Source: Candidatus Pacebacteria bacterium CG2_30_36_39 (GTDB taxonomy: Bacteria > Patescibacteriota > Microgenomatia > UBA1400 > PJMF01). Taken from it: a DNA stretch of 64,000 nt. Numbering within the stretch: the first letter of the stretch is position 1; each line of letters starts with the position of its first letter. This document shows, piece after piece, positions 28,610 through 36,369 of this stretch. Where the stretch lies: NCBI GenBank assembly GCA_001873435.1, contig MNZB01000003.1, forward strand, positions 206,031 through 270,030. The letters are read 5' to 3'. The notes below the pieces were generated by a model. That model was not told the origin of the DNA. It saw only the letters and a list, made by a program, of their open reading frames with translations, and did no database searches. A program made the position numbers and the translations under genes.

Positions 28610-29374
28610 TTAGGTTAGTTGCGAAAATATCACGATTAGTCCGAGTGCTAAACAATAAATTCCAAACACTGTAAATTGTGATTTATTAATAAGTTTTTTA
28701 AATACAGTTAAACTGGCTAAGCTTGCAAATAAAGTGCTAATGCCTCCTATTACAAATAGTGACCAATGGGGCATGGTAGCTCCATCTCTTATGATATCTA
28801 TTCCTTGAAGTAATAGCGCGCCCATGATGGCTGGAATAGCCAACAAGAAAGTGAAGGTGAAAGCTTGTTTTTTTCCCAGTTTTTGTCCTAAACTAGCTAA
28901 GAGGGTTGTACCAGACCTAGATATTCCAGGGATTAAAGCCAAAGATTGAAATAGTCCAATGATTAAAGCTTTTTGGGGAGTAATTTCAGTTTCTTCTTTA
29001 GGTGATTTCTGTAGTAGTCGATGAGAAAAAAGGTTGTCGATACCGGTAATTAACAGAGCAACTCCAATTAGTAGAGGTACTTGCAGAGCTAATTCCAAAG
29101 TATCTTTAAAAAGAAGTCCAACTATTACTGCTGGGATAGTGGCAATACCGATGAGAAAATATTGTTTGAAGTTGAGTTGGCGAATTTCTTGAAAGAAAAA
29201 TACTAAAATGGCAATTAAGCTCATGCCATGAAGAAAGACGTCAAATGATAAAAGTGGTTCTTGGATACCAAACCAGTTTTGGGCTAAAGCTAAGTGTCCA
29301 GAGCTTGAGACTGGAAGAAACTCAGTTACTCCCTGAAGCAATCCTAGAATAAGGGCTTGCCATGTGTTCATCAT
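28610..29374 (-). CDS. uppP: Undecaprenyl-diphosphatase
   Basis: 254 aa. N-terminal LGLLQGVTEFLPVSSSGHL and PGxSRSG motif (PGISRSGTT). Confidence 0.85.
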   Translation of the reverse strand: MMNTWQALILGLLQGVTEFLPVSSSGHLALAQNWFGIQEPLLSFDVFLHGMSLIAILVFFFQEIRQLNFKQYFLIGIATIPAVIVGLLFKDTLELALQVPLLIGVALLITGIDNLFSHRLLQKSPKEETEITPQKALIIGLFQSLALIPGISRSGTTLLASLGQKLGKKQAFTFTFLLAIPAIMGALLLQGIDIIRDGATMPHWSLFVIGGISTLFASLASLTVFKKLINKSQFTVFGIYCLALGLIVIFSQLT

Positions 29375-29379
29375 AATAA

Positions 29380-30090
29380 TTATTTTTTCTTGGGTTTATC
29401 TTCTATATTATTAGTGACATTTTTCTCATAAAGATCATTCAAGATTTTTTCCACGAGAGTTTTACCACCAAGTCCAATGGCTAGGCCAAAGCCTAGTGAA
29501 AGCATGGCTACAAAACCAATAAAGACGATGGTAAGAAATTCTGCCGCAATGCCAAGTTCAGAAAAAGCTGTCATTGCTGTTAGGGTAATCACGAAATATC
29601 CAGAAACTTTACCCAGTAAACGACCGGTTTTTGGATCAATGGTTCTAATAGCGCCTTTAACCAAGCTTTCTACCCAACCAGCAACCAAAACACCAAAGAG
29701 CAGGATAAACATGGCTGAGATTACATTGGGGATGTAACCTAGGATTTTTTCTAAAACAATAGATATTGAGCCCAAGCCTAGGATGGAGACAATGGTATGA
29801 ATAATTACTAGCATTGTTAACCAGTAAAAAAGATTGGAGATGGTGAAAACAATTCGATCGCCAAGATTTTCTTGTTCAAAAGCTAGTTGTAATGGAGTTT
29901 TGTTTACAAAGCCAGCAAAATTTATGGCTTTAAGAACTTTTTTAACAATGCTTCTAACCATTTTTGCTAGGATGACTCCAACTACTAAGGCAGTAAGAGC
30001 ACCTAGTATTTTTGGTAGTAAAAGTGAGAGGCTTTGGGTGGTCTGTAAGGCCAGATATTGGAAGGAATTTTGTAGGGCTTCATTTGTCAT
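29380..30090 (-). CDS. Membrane protein with TM-helix repeats (mechanosensitive-channel-associated-like)
   Basis: ORF 29380..30294 as listed reads through the RNase P RNA gene. Its first 68 aa are a translation of structured RNA. The likely start is M69 (MTNEALQNSF), about 30090. The remaining ~236 aa are polytopic and end in a basic tail. Confidence 0.45.
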   Translation of the reverse strand: MTNEALQNSFQYLALQTTQSLSLLLPKILGALTALVVGVILAKMVRSIVKKVLKAINFAGFVNKTPLQLAFEQENLGDRIVFTISNLFYWLTMLVIIHTIVSILGLGSISIVLEKILGYIPNVISAMFILLFGVLVAGWVESLVKGAIRTIDPKTGRLLGKVSGYFVITLTAMTAFSELGIAAEFLTIVFIGFVAMLSLGFGLAIGLGGKTLVEKILNDLYEKNVTNNIEDKPKKK

Positions 30091-30111
30091 AATGATCCCA
30101 TTATATACACA

Positions 30112-30430
30112 AAAGCGTACAACCCGTAAGCCGGATTCTGTTTTAGGCGAGATTTGTCTAATGCCGAAAGCTTGATGACCCGGCTTTGTTGCCAAAGCAC
30201 CAGGAGTAGGTCTAATAAGGTCAAGGTCGTTCGTTGCAGCCGGGAGGATTGCCCCATTCCCGAAGGAATAGATCCAGTAGCTTGATCGTTTCACTCGGCG
30301 CCACCCGATTCGTCACTGTTGCTCTAACTGTCAAAGCCTCCATTTTCATGGAGCACCGTCTACTCTGCTGTCCGGACTTTCCTCCCCTTTTGCATAAAGC
30401 AAAAGAGGCCGCGCCCGGTTGTACGCAACC
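30112..30430 (-). ncRNA. rnpB: RNase P RNA (bacterial type A)
   Basis: The minus strand contains the P4 5' strand AGGAAAGTCCGGAC (revcomp of ~30374-30387) and the conserved 3' region ACAGAATCCGGCTTACGGGTTGTACGC. The P1 stem pairs GCGTACAACCGGG with CGGGTTGTACGC. A TATAAT -10 lies just upstream (revcomp of ~30432-30440). Local GC is elevated. Not in the ORF track. Confidence 0.85.
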
Positions 30431-30445
30431 TATATTATACCTTAA

Positions 30446-31417
30446 TTAATTTTCGAGTATTTTATTGATAATTAATTCTATAGAAAATTCTTCTGCAGTT
30501 TGCCAAGTTATTTGGGTTTGTTTTTTCCACCAAGTCATTTGTCGTCTGGCATATTGGATTTCACTTGTAGTCCAAAGCTCGATCATTTTTTCTTGATCTA
30601 TTTCATTTTTTAGGTATTGATTAATTTCTTGGTAACCCAGTGAAGCTTTGGCAATTAAGTTTTCTGTGGAATAGTTTTTTTCAAAGTTTTTTATTTCTTC
30701 AATTACTTGTTGTTCGATTCTTTTTTTTACTCTTAGAGCTATCTTTTCCTCTAAGTTTTCTGTGGTTAATCCTATTTGAATAGTTGGAATGATTTTTTTA
30801 ATGTTATTATTTTTTGGATTATCTTTAGGAGATAAACTGATTTCTATTGCTCTAATTAAACGACGTGGATTGTTTAAATCTGAGTTGTTCATGGCAATTA
30901 ATTTATTTGGATCACTTTCAATTAGTTGATTTTGAAGTTCTTCTAGGGTTTTGGTTTCTAGTTCGGTTCTTAGTTTTTCATTTGGTTGCTGATGAAGAGT
31001 TGCTGCTGGTTGATAAATCTGTTGATGGTAAAGACCAGTGCCTCCTACAATAATAAAAATTGTTTCTGTTAAATTAGCTACTAAATTAATAACTAAGTTA
31101 TGGAAATGGCCAACTGACCATTCTTTGTCACCAGTTAAAATGCTGGTGCCATGCAAGGTTATCGGTAGTTTTTGGTGAGCAAAATATTGATAAGTTAGTG
31201 AGTCGTTTTTCTTTTTCAACCAGTTTTTTGGAATATCTGCTCCAGTGAGAATAGCGAGCTCTGAGAATACTTGTTTTGAGTCTGCGGAGATTAAAGCTAT
31301 TTTGTAGTTAGGAAATTGTTGATGGAGTTTGTTGGCAAGGCTAAGGGCTTTTTCAGTTTTACCTGTAGCTGTTTGACCGACTAAAGAAATAAATAAAGGT
31401 GTGTTACGATTAATCAC
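30446..31417 (-). CDS. miaA: tRNA dimethylallyltransferase
   Basis: 323 aa with P-loop LVGQTATGKTEKAL and a MiaA-like fold. Confidence 0.8.
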   Translation of the reverse strand: MINRNTPLFISLVGQTATGKTEKALSLANKLHQQFPNYKIALISADSKQVFSELAILTGADIPKNWLKKKNDSLTYQYFAHQKLPITLHGTSILTGDKEWSVGHFHNLVINLVANLTETIFIIVGGTGLYHQQIYQPAATLHQQPNEKLRTELETKTLEELQNQLIESDPNKLIAMNNSDLNNPRRLIRAIEISLSPKDNPKNNNIKKIIPTIQIGLTTENLEEKIALRVKKRIEQQVIEEIKNFEKNYSTENLIAKASLGYQEINQYLKNEIDQEKMIELWTTSEIQYARRQMTWWKKQTQITWQTAEEFSIELIINKILEN

Positions 31418-31449
31418 ATAGTTATTATAACTAAATAAAGGAAATACCT

Positions 31450-31890
31450 ATGTCAAGAATAATAGTTCACGATCAACAGGGTCCAGTTAAAGTTGGTGAT
31501 AAGTTTGTTTGTCAGTGTGGGTTGAGTAAAAACAAGCCATTTTGTGATAAATCTCATCTAAAAACTCTGGATGAAAAGGAAGACACTCTTTATAGCTATG
31601 ATGAAAATGGCAATCGTGAGGAGGTCGAAGAAATGATGGATGATTGTTGTTGTGGTGATTGTGATGATGAAAAATGTGAAAGTTGTTGTAGCGAGGAGCA
31701 ATGTAAAGAATGTTGTGATGATGGTTGTAAAGAATGTGGAGATGAGAAGTGTGGTTGTGGCGACTGTAAAGATTGCAAAGCTGATAAAAAAGATGATAAA
31801 TGTGGTTGCGAATGCGAAGATTGCTCTGATGATGAATGCGGTAGCTGTGACTGTAAAAAATGTGGTTGCGGCAAAGGCTGTTGTAGCTAA
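31450..31890 (+). CDS. CDGSH-type iron-sulfur domain protein with a metallothionein-like Cys/Asp/Glu-rich C-terminal tail
   Basis: The N-terminus has the zf-CDGSH signature CQCGLSKNKPFCDKSH. The C-terminal ~85 aa contain more than 30 Cys in CC, CxC and CxxC arrangements interspersed with D/E/K. The underlying DNA is internally repetitive (tgtgg/tgtga/tgatga units). Confidence 0.6.
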   Translation: MSRIIVHDQQGPVKVGDKFVCQCGLSKNKPFCDKSHLKTLDEKEDTLYSYDENGNREEVEEMMDDCCCGDCDDEKCESCCSEEQCKECCDDGCKECGDEKCGCGDCKDCKADKKDDKCGCECEDCSDDECGSCDCKKCGCGKGCCS

Positions 31891-33062
31891 ACGATTTTTG
31901 GTCGGTTGTTTAAATTGTCTTTATTAATGATTTGATCGAGTATTTCCCAACGCTTTTTTCTAATTGGGTATGGGATCTCGTCGTGATATAGGCGATGTGC
32001 TGCTGTTCCAGGTCTTGGGGAATACATAGCGACAAAGCCTACTTTCCAGTTCATTTTTTTAGCAAATTCTACTGTTTCATTAAATTCTTCATCTGTTTCT
32101 CCAGGGAAACCTACGATAATATCTGTGCCTAATACTATTTCTGGGTCTCCTGCTCTTAGTTTTTCAACTACTTTAGCATAGTCTGCGGTGGTATAACCTC
32201 GATTCATTCTATCCAAAACAGTGTTGCTTCCAGATTGAACTGGTAGATGGACATAGCGATCAATTTTTTTGTTTTTAACTATCTCTGCCACTAGTTCATC
32301 ATGGAAGTCCCAAGGGTTGCTGCTTAAAAAGCGAATTATTTTTATTTCTGGGAAAGCTGAAATTTTTTGTAATAATTCCACAAAAGGTGGAGTTCCCTCA
32401 GGTTTTAGGTATTGGGATTGGTTATTTGGAATCATTTCTCTAGTGAATTTTTCATCGCTCATTAACATTTTTCTAAGGCTAATGCCCATTTTTTCCAGTC
32501 CCCAGGAATTGACGTTTTGGCCAAGTAAAGTAATTTCGCTATAGCCTTTTTTTACTAAATCTTCAACTTCTATAATGATTTCCTCCATGCTTCTGGATTG
32601 TTCTCTGCCTCTAGAATATGGGACTATGCAGTAGGTACAAAAAGAGTTGCAGCCAGCAGAAATTGGTACCCAAGCATGTTTTTTATCTCTACGAACAGCG
32701 CTTTGATTGAAGCCAACCTCATTGACAGGCAAAATTTCATCAATGGCTGTGACCATTTCCATGATTTTGTTTTTGCCATGATGTAGCATGCAGCCAGTAA
32801 AGATTATTTTTGGTTTTGGTAAATTGCGATCAGCATATGACTTAACTACTTTAAGGACAAAAGCTCTTGCTCTGTCCTCGGCGCTTTTGCGGATGGCACA
32901 GGTATTTACCACTAGTTCATCAGTGTTATCCCAAGATTTGGCTGGTTCATATCCTCTGGCCTCGTAATCACCAGCGATTCTTTCTGAATCACTTTTGTTT
33001 GATTGGCAGCCAAAGGTGTGAATGAAATATGTTTTTTTCATAATAAATAGGACTTGAGGCAC
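31887..33062 (-). CDS. miaB: tRNA-2-methylthio-N6-dimethylallyladenosine synthase (radical SAM methylthiotransferase)
   Basis: 391 aa. UPF0004 N-domain with TFGCQSNKSD, radical SAM CxxxCxxC (CTYCIVP) and a TRAM-like C-terminus. Confidence 0.85.
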   Translation of the reverse strand: MPQVLFIMKKTYFIHTFGCQSNKSDSERIAGDYEARGYEPAKSWDNTDELVVNTCAIRKSAEDRARAFVLKVVKSYADRNLPKPKIIFTGCMLHHGKNKIMEMVTAIDEILPVNEVGFNQSAVRRDKKHAWVPISAGCNSFCTYCIVPYSRGREQSRSMEEIIIEVEDLVKKGYSEITLLGQNVNSWGLEKMGISLRKMLMSDEKFTREMIPNNQSQYLKPEGTPPFVELLQKISAFPEIKIIRFLSSNPWDFHDELVAEIVKNKKIDRYVHLPVQSGSNTVLDRMNRGYTTADYAKVVEKLRAGDPEIVLGTDIIVGFPGETDEEFNETVEFAKKMNWKVGFVAMYSPRPGTAAHRLYHDEIPYPIRKKRWEILDQIINKDNLNNRPKIV

Positions 33063-33130
33063 GAGCGGGATTCGAACCCGCGAACGAAGGTTTTGCAGAC
33101 CTCGCCATTAGGCCACTCTGGTATCGTGCC
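33057..33130 (-). tRNA. tRNA-Cys (anticodon GCA)
   Basis: The minus strand reads GGCACGA...TCGTGCC acceptor with a U73 discriminator, anticodon loop CUGCAAA and T-loop GGTTCGAATCC. Not in the ORF track. Confidence 0.85.
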
Positions 33131-33205
33131 GTTTCTCACCGGTAAGCAGTACGGGTGCGATTATACTGGTTGAATCATTAAAATTCGAGGTGCTTTTTAT
33201 TTTTT

Positions 33206-34141
33206 TTAGGCTGTTTGTTGTTTTGCCTGTAGTTCACCTAAGATTTGTTGGGTTTTGACTAAGTTTTCTGCTACGTGCGGCAGTATTTCTTGGGCGGCTG
33301 CAGTGTAATAGCCGTAGGTTGTTGGTTGGTTTTCTTTGGTTCTAGCGCTTTCTCTTTTTAGGAAGCCAGTTAAGATTGTTTCTTGGCTTTTATAGAATTT
33401 TATCCATTCTTCATCGGTGTATGGTTCTTCATGACTTGGTAAGATTCCTAGTTCTCTGCAGATTTTTATTGCTCCATTTAGATAAGTATTCCATTCGCTA
33501 CCCATGCCACATAAATCGGCATCGGCCATGATTTTTTTTAATTTTAAAATACCAATGCTGTCCTTGGTATTTAAATTTGCATCCCAGGTTGTAACTTCTT
33601 CTCCCCCACCAAGAGTAGGAACAATTGTATTTTTTCTTTTGCCTAGTAAGTTGTTTATTTTTTGGGCGATTGCTCCATTGGTATCCATATACCATTGTGT
33701 TGCCAAGATTGTTTCTATTACTTTGCGGATTTGTATTGGAGGAAAATTTAATTCTGCCATTCTTTTCATTACAGTCGTCGCAGTTTTAATTTCATCAATG
33801 CCAGATTCTTGGTTGCTGTCTATATCGTGCCAAGCAACAGCAATTCTTAGAAGAATGGTATCTTCTTTGGGTAATCCCATTTTTTGTGCAATTTTTTCTG
33901 CTACTGCCATTACGGTATTGATGTGTTCTGGATTATGATAGATTCTTGGTTCTTTACCTTTTGTTCCATATTTTTCATTCATTAAAAAATATGCTTCAGC
34001 AATGAGTTGTTCTGCTTTTGCTTCTAGTTCTTTGTCTTTGAGGGAAGTTTTTTCTGGGATGTTCCAGAATTGTGTATTTAGTTCATGTGACAAGTCTTCT
34101 TGCATCAAAATAATGATACGTTGACTTGAGGATAAGCACAA
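33206..34141 (-). CDS. HD-domain phosphohydrolase-like protein
   Basis: 311 aa. H...HD spacing (YHNPEH, then AVAWHDID). The start may be M13 (about 34105). Confidence 0.35.
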   Translation of the reverse strand: MCLSSSQRIIILMQEDLSHELNTQFWNIPEKTSLKDKELEAKAEQLIAEAYFLMNEKYGTKGKEPRIYHNPEHINTVMAVAEKIAQKMGLPKEDTILLRIAVAWHDIDSNQESGIDEIKTATTVMKRMAELNFPPIQIRKVIETILATQWYMDTNGAIAQKINNLLGKRKNTIVPTLGGGEEVTTWDANLNTKDSIGILKLKKIMADADLCGMGSEWNTYLNGAIKICRELGILPSHEEPYTDEEWIKFYKSQETILTGFLKRESARTKENQPTTYGYYTAAAQEILPHVAENLVKTQQILGELQAKQQTA

Positions 34142-34153
34142 GCTAGCAGATTC

Positions 34154-34930
34154 TTATTCTGTTTCTGGTATTTCAGCTAAAACTGGAATTAGAATTGAGG
34201 CATAGAGGTTTAGGGCTTCATTGTCTGCAATCAGTGTTTCTTGATCGTTAAATATTTCGTCACTTGCTAATGATTCTCTGGCTACAACAATTATTGGAAT
34301 TGTTGGTACTGAGATTTGTTTGTCTAGTAATGCTTTGGAGATGAGTTTTTTTAGAGAGTTAATGGTTGCTCCAGAGCTGTAGACGTCATCGACAAAGGCA
34401 ATATTTTTTCCTTGTTGAATTAGGTTGATTATTTTTTCTAGAGTTTCTTCGTTAATAGCAAAGAATTTTGATGGATCGTTTGGTCCTAGGGTGATTGGTC
34501 TACATTCTTCTATCCAATATGTTTCTCCGTTGGGGCTAGCTAGTTTTACTACTTCGTCTTTGGTGTAGATGTGTTTTTGTCCGTTTTCTTGAGTTGATCC
34601 GCCAAGAATAATAATTGGTTGATTTTCAAGTTCGGCTTTAATATTTGCTTCTTGGATCATTTGTTCTGATTTTGAAGATGGTGCAGTGATGATTAAATCA
34701 ATTTTTAGTTTCTTTAAGAATTCAGCCAAAACATTGGCTCCTGCGATGCCTAGTTCTGGAGATCTTGGGTCTAGAATGGCAATGTATTCTGGGTGTTCTG
34801 TGGTTCCAACATTAATGATTGGAAGGTGAAATTTTTGGTTGTCTAAGGTTATTTCTAAGGAAAAAGTATCGTTACTTTCTTTTTTAATATTTTTAGCAGT
34901 GTAGATTTCGATCTCTTTTGAATGACTCAT
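34154..34930 (-). CDS. Phosphoribosyltransferase-domain protein with an N-terminal domain of unknown function
   Basis: 258 aa. The C-terminus has the type I PRTase PRPP-binding motif IAFVDDVYSSGATI. Confidence 0.5.
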   Translation of the reverse strand: MSHSKEIEIYTAKNIKKESNDTFSLEITLDNQKFHLPIINVGTTEHPEYIAILDPRSPELGIAGANVLAEFLKKLKIDLIITAPSSKSEQMIQEANIKAELENQPIIILGGSTQENGQKHIYTKDEVVKLASPNGETYWIEECRPITLGPNDPSKFFAINEETLEKIINLIQQGKNIAFVDDVYSSGATINSLKKLISKALLDKQISVPTIPIIVVARESLASDEIFNDQETLIADNEALNLYASILIPVLAEIPETE

Positions 34931-34977
34931 TTAAAAATAATATAGCACAAGTTTTATTTAATAAATAATTTTATATT

Positions 34978-35310
34978 TTGGATGTATTATGTTTGTATAT
35001 GTCAACTGAATTTGCTCAAAAGGTTTATGAAGCTTTGAAAAAAGTTCCTAGGGGGAAAGTAATCAGTTATAAGCGATTAGCTGAGATGATTGGCTCAAAA
35101 GCCTATAGGGCTGTTGGTTCTGTTTTGGCAAAAAATCCTTACGCTCCAGTAGTTCCTTGTCATCGGGTGGTTGCCAGCGACGGATCTCTTGGTGGTTTTA
35201 TGGGTAGTAAATCCAAGAATAATTTAATTAAAAAACAATTACTTCTTAATTCTGAGGGGGTTATAATAAAAGATGGAAAAATAGTAGATTTTGAGGTAAT
35301 AAGTTTTTAA
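34978..35310 (+). CDS. Methylated-DNA--protein-cysteine methyltransferase DNA-binding domain protein (Ogt/MGMT C-terminal domain)
   Basis: 110 aa containing the PCHRVV active-site motif. Confidence 0.75.
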   Translation: MDVLCLYMSTEFAQKVYEALKKVPRGKVISYKRLAEMIGSKAYRAVGSVLAKNPYAPVVPCHRVVASDGSLGGFMGSKSKNNLIKKQLLLNSEGVIIKDGKIVDFEVISF

Positions 35311-35315
35311 TTGAA

Positions 35316-35594
35316 ATGGAAGAAAAAGAAAAGCAATCAGGGTATAAATTGCCAGAGCGAGGTCCTAATATCATTAGGAATTGGTGGGATTTTTTAGTGT
35401 TAACCGTTATGTTGGGTAAGCCAATTTCTTGGAATAAGAGTCTTGGAGATTTTATTGAGACTAGGGGTATTTCTAGAAAATATATTATTGATTTGTATGG
35501 TAGATACGACAGGAAAAGTATTGAAAAATATATAAATGCTTTAGCTGATATTAGGGGCAATAGTTATGATGAAATTCTTGGAAAGAAGATATGA
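35316..35594 (+). CDS. Hypothetical protein
   Basis: 92-aa ORF immediately after the MGMT gene. No motif. Confidence 0.3.
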   Translation: MEEKEKQSGYKLPERGPNIIRNWWDFLVLTVMLGKPISWNKSLGDFIETRGISRKYIIDLYGRYDRKSIEKYINALADIRGNSYDEILGKKI

Positions 35595-35643
35595 TATTTT
35601 TCCCAGTAAGTAATAGTAAATGATTCAGATATTTAGTCTCATA

Positions 35644-35672
35644 TTGACATATTATAGGATATAAAGTATAAT
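35644..35672 (+). promoter_or_regulatory. Consensus sigma70-like promoter TTGACA-17 nt-TATAAT upstream of the small membrane protein gene
   Basis: Perfect -35 and -10 hexamers with a 17-nt spacer (tattataggatataaag). Followed by a ~190-nt leader containing hairpin GGAGAC-actgc-GTCTC and a 12-bp perfect inverted repeat TCTAGGGGAAAA...TTTTCCCCTAGA (35792-35803/35827-35838). Confidence 0.4.
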
Positions 35673-35870
35673 TATTGGTGTTCTTTACCAATTTAGTTAT
35701 CCAAGATGTTGGAGACACTGCGTCTCAAGGCTAAATGCCAAAAATATCTTGTTTTACTAATTCATACGCCACACTGATATATTCTCTATTTTCTAGGGGA
35801 AAATTATGTTTATTTTGTAAATATAGTTTTCCCCTAGATTCTAAACCCTGACTCGGGAAAGAACCACAGA

Positions 35871-36182
35871 ATGAGTCATTTATGGAGAAGTATCATGTTT
35901 AACCATCTTAATATTCTATTTGCTATCCTTTGGGCAATTTCGCAAACCCTGTTGGGCGTTGCTATTGCTTTTGCCATTGCCAAGCTTCGCAAGAACTGGT
36001 ATGGCGCTGGTCGCTGGGGCGCTGGTCTTTCGACCGCGATGGCTTTGTTGCTGTTTGCTCATGTTTATGAAAGCAATCCAGTCACTTTCGCTGTGGGAAT
36101 TTTCATTGGCTTAGTTATCTCTGCCATTGTTGATGCCCTCTTTTCCCCAAAGACTGAGCAGGATGTAGATGATATGTATTAA
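35871..36182 (+). CDS. Small three-TM membrane protein with an acidic C-terminus (holin-like topology; function unknown)
   Basis: 103-aa ORF. GC (~47%) is higher than the flanks. Followed by a stem-loop at 36192-36224 and a canonical terminator at 36304-36330. Confidence 0.45.
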   Translation: MSHLWRSIMFNHLNILFAILWAISQTLLGVAIAFAIAKLRKNWYGAGRWGAGLSTAMALLLFAHVYESNPVTFAVGIFIGLVISAIVDALFSPKTEQDVDDMY

Positions 36183-36303
36183 TAGTTTGAGAAGGTGGGA
36201 TGTCGTTAGTTGACATCCCACCTTTGAAGATAAGATTTTTATTTAGGAGTGGATAAATATTTTTTTATCAGTGTGGCAAACACAAATTAGCAATAAACAT
36301 AAT

Positions 36304-36330
36304 AAGAGCTCCTCTAAGGGAGCTTTTTTT
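36304..36330 (+). terminator. Intrinsic terminator (agctcc-tctaag-ggagct + TTTTTTT)
   Basis: GC stem followed by a 7-T tract after the small membrane protein gene. Confidence 0.6.
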
Positions 36331-36369
36331 GTTTAATATTAATGAAAATAATTGTTATTATTTCTTTTT

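Noticed and set aside
29380-30294. Full-length 304-aa ORF as listed
   Set aside because: Its N-terminal 68 codons lie on the RNase P RNA gene, whose P4 and P1 conserved sequences are present. The CDS was trimmed to start near 30090.
31600-31890. Possible CRISPR or tandem repeat array in the Cys-rich region
   Set aside because: The repeats are short, imperfect codon-level repeats inside an ORF, not 25-40-bp direct repeats with unique spacers. No cas genes in the window.
31596-31927. ORFs 31596..31874 (-) and 31640..31927 (+), Ser/Gln/His-rich and Val/Met/Lys-rich
   Set aside because: These are antisense or alternative-frame translations of the repetitive Cys-codon tract (tgt/tgc repeats) of the CDGSH/Cys-rich gene. 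The low-complexity output is typical of a repeat artefact.
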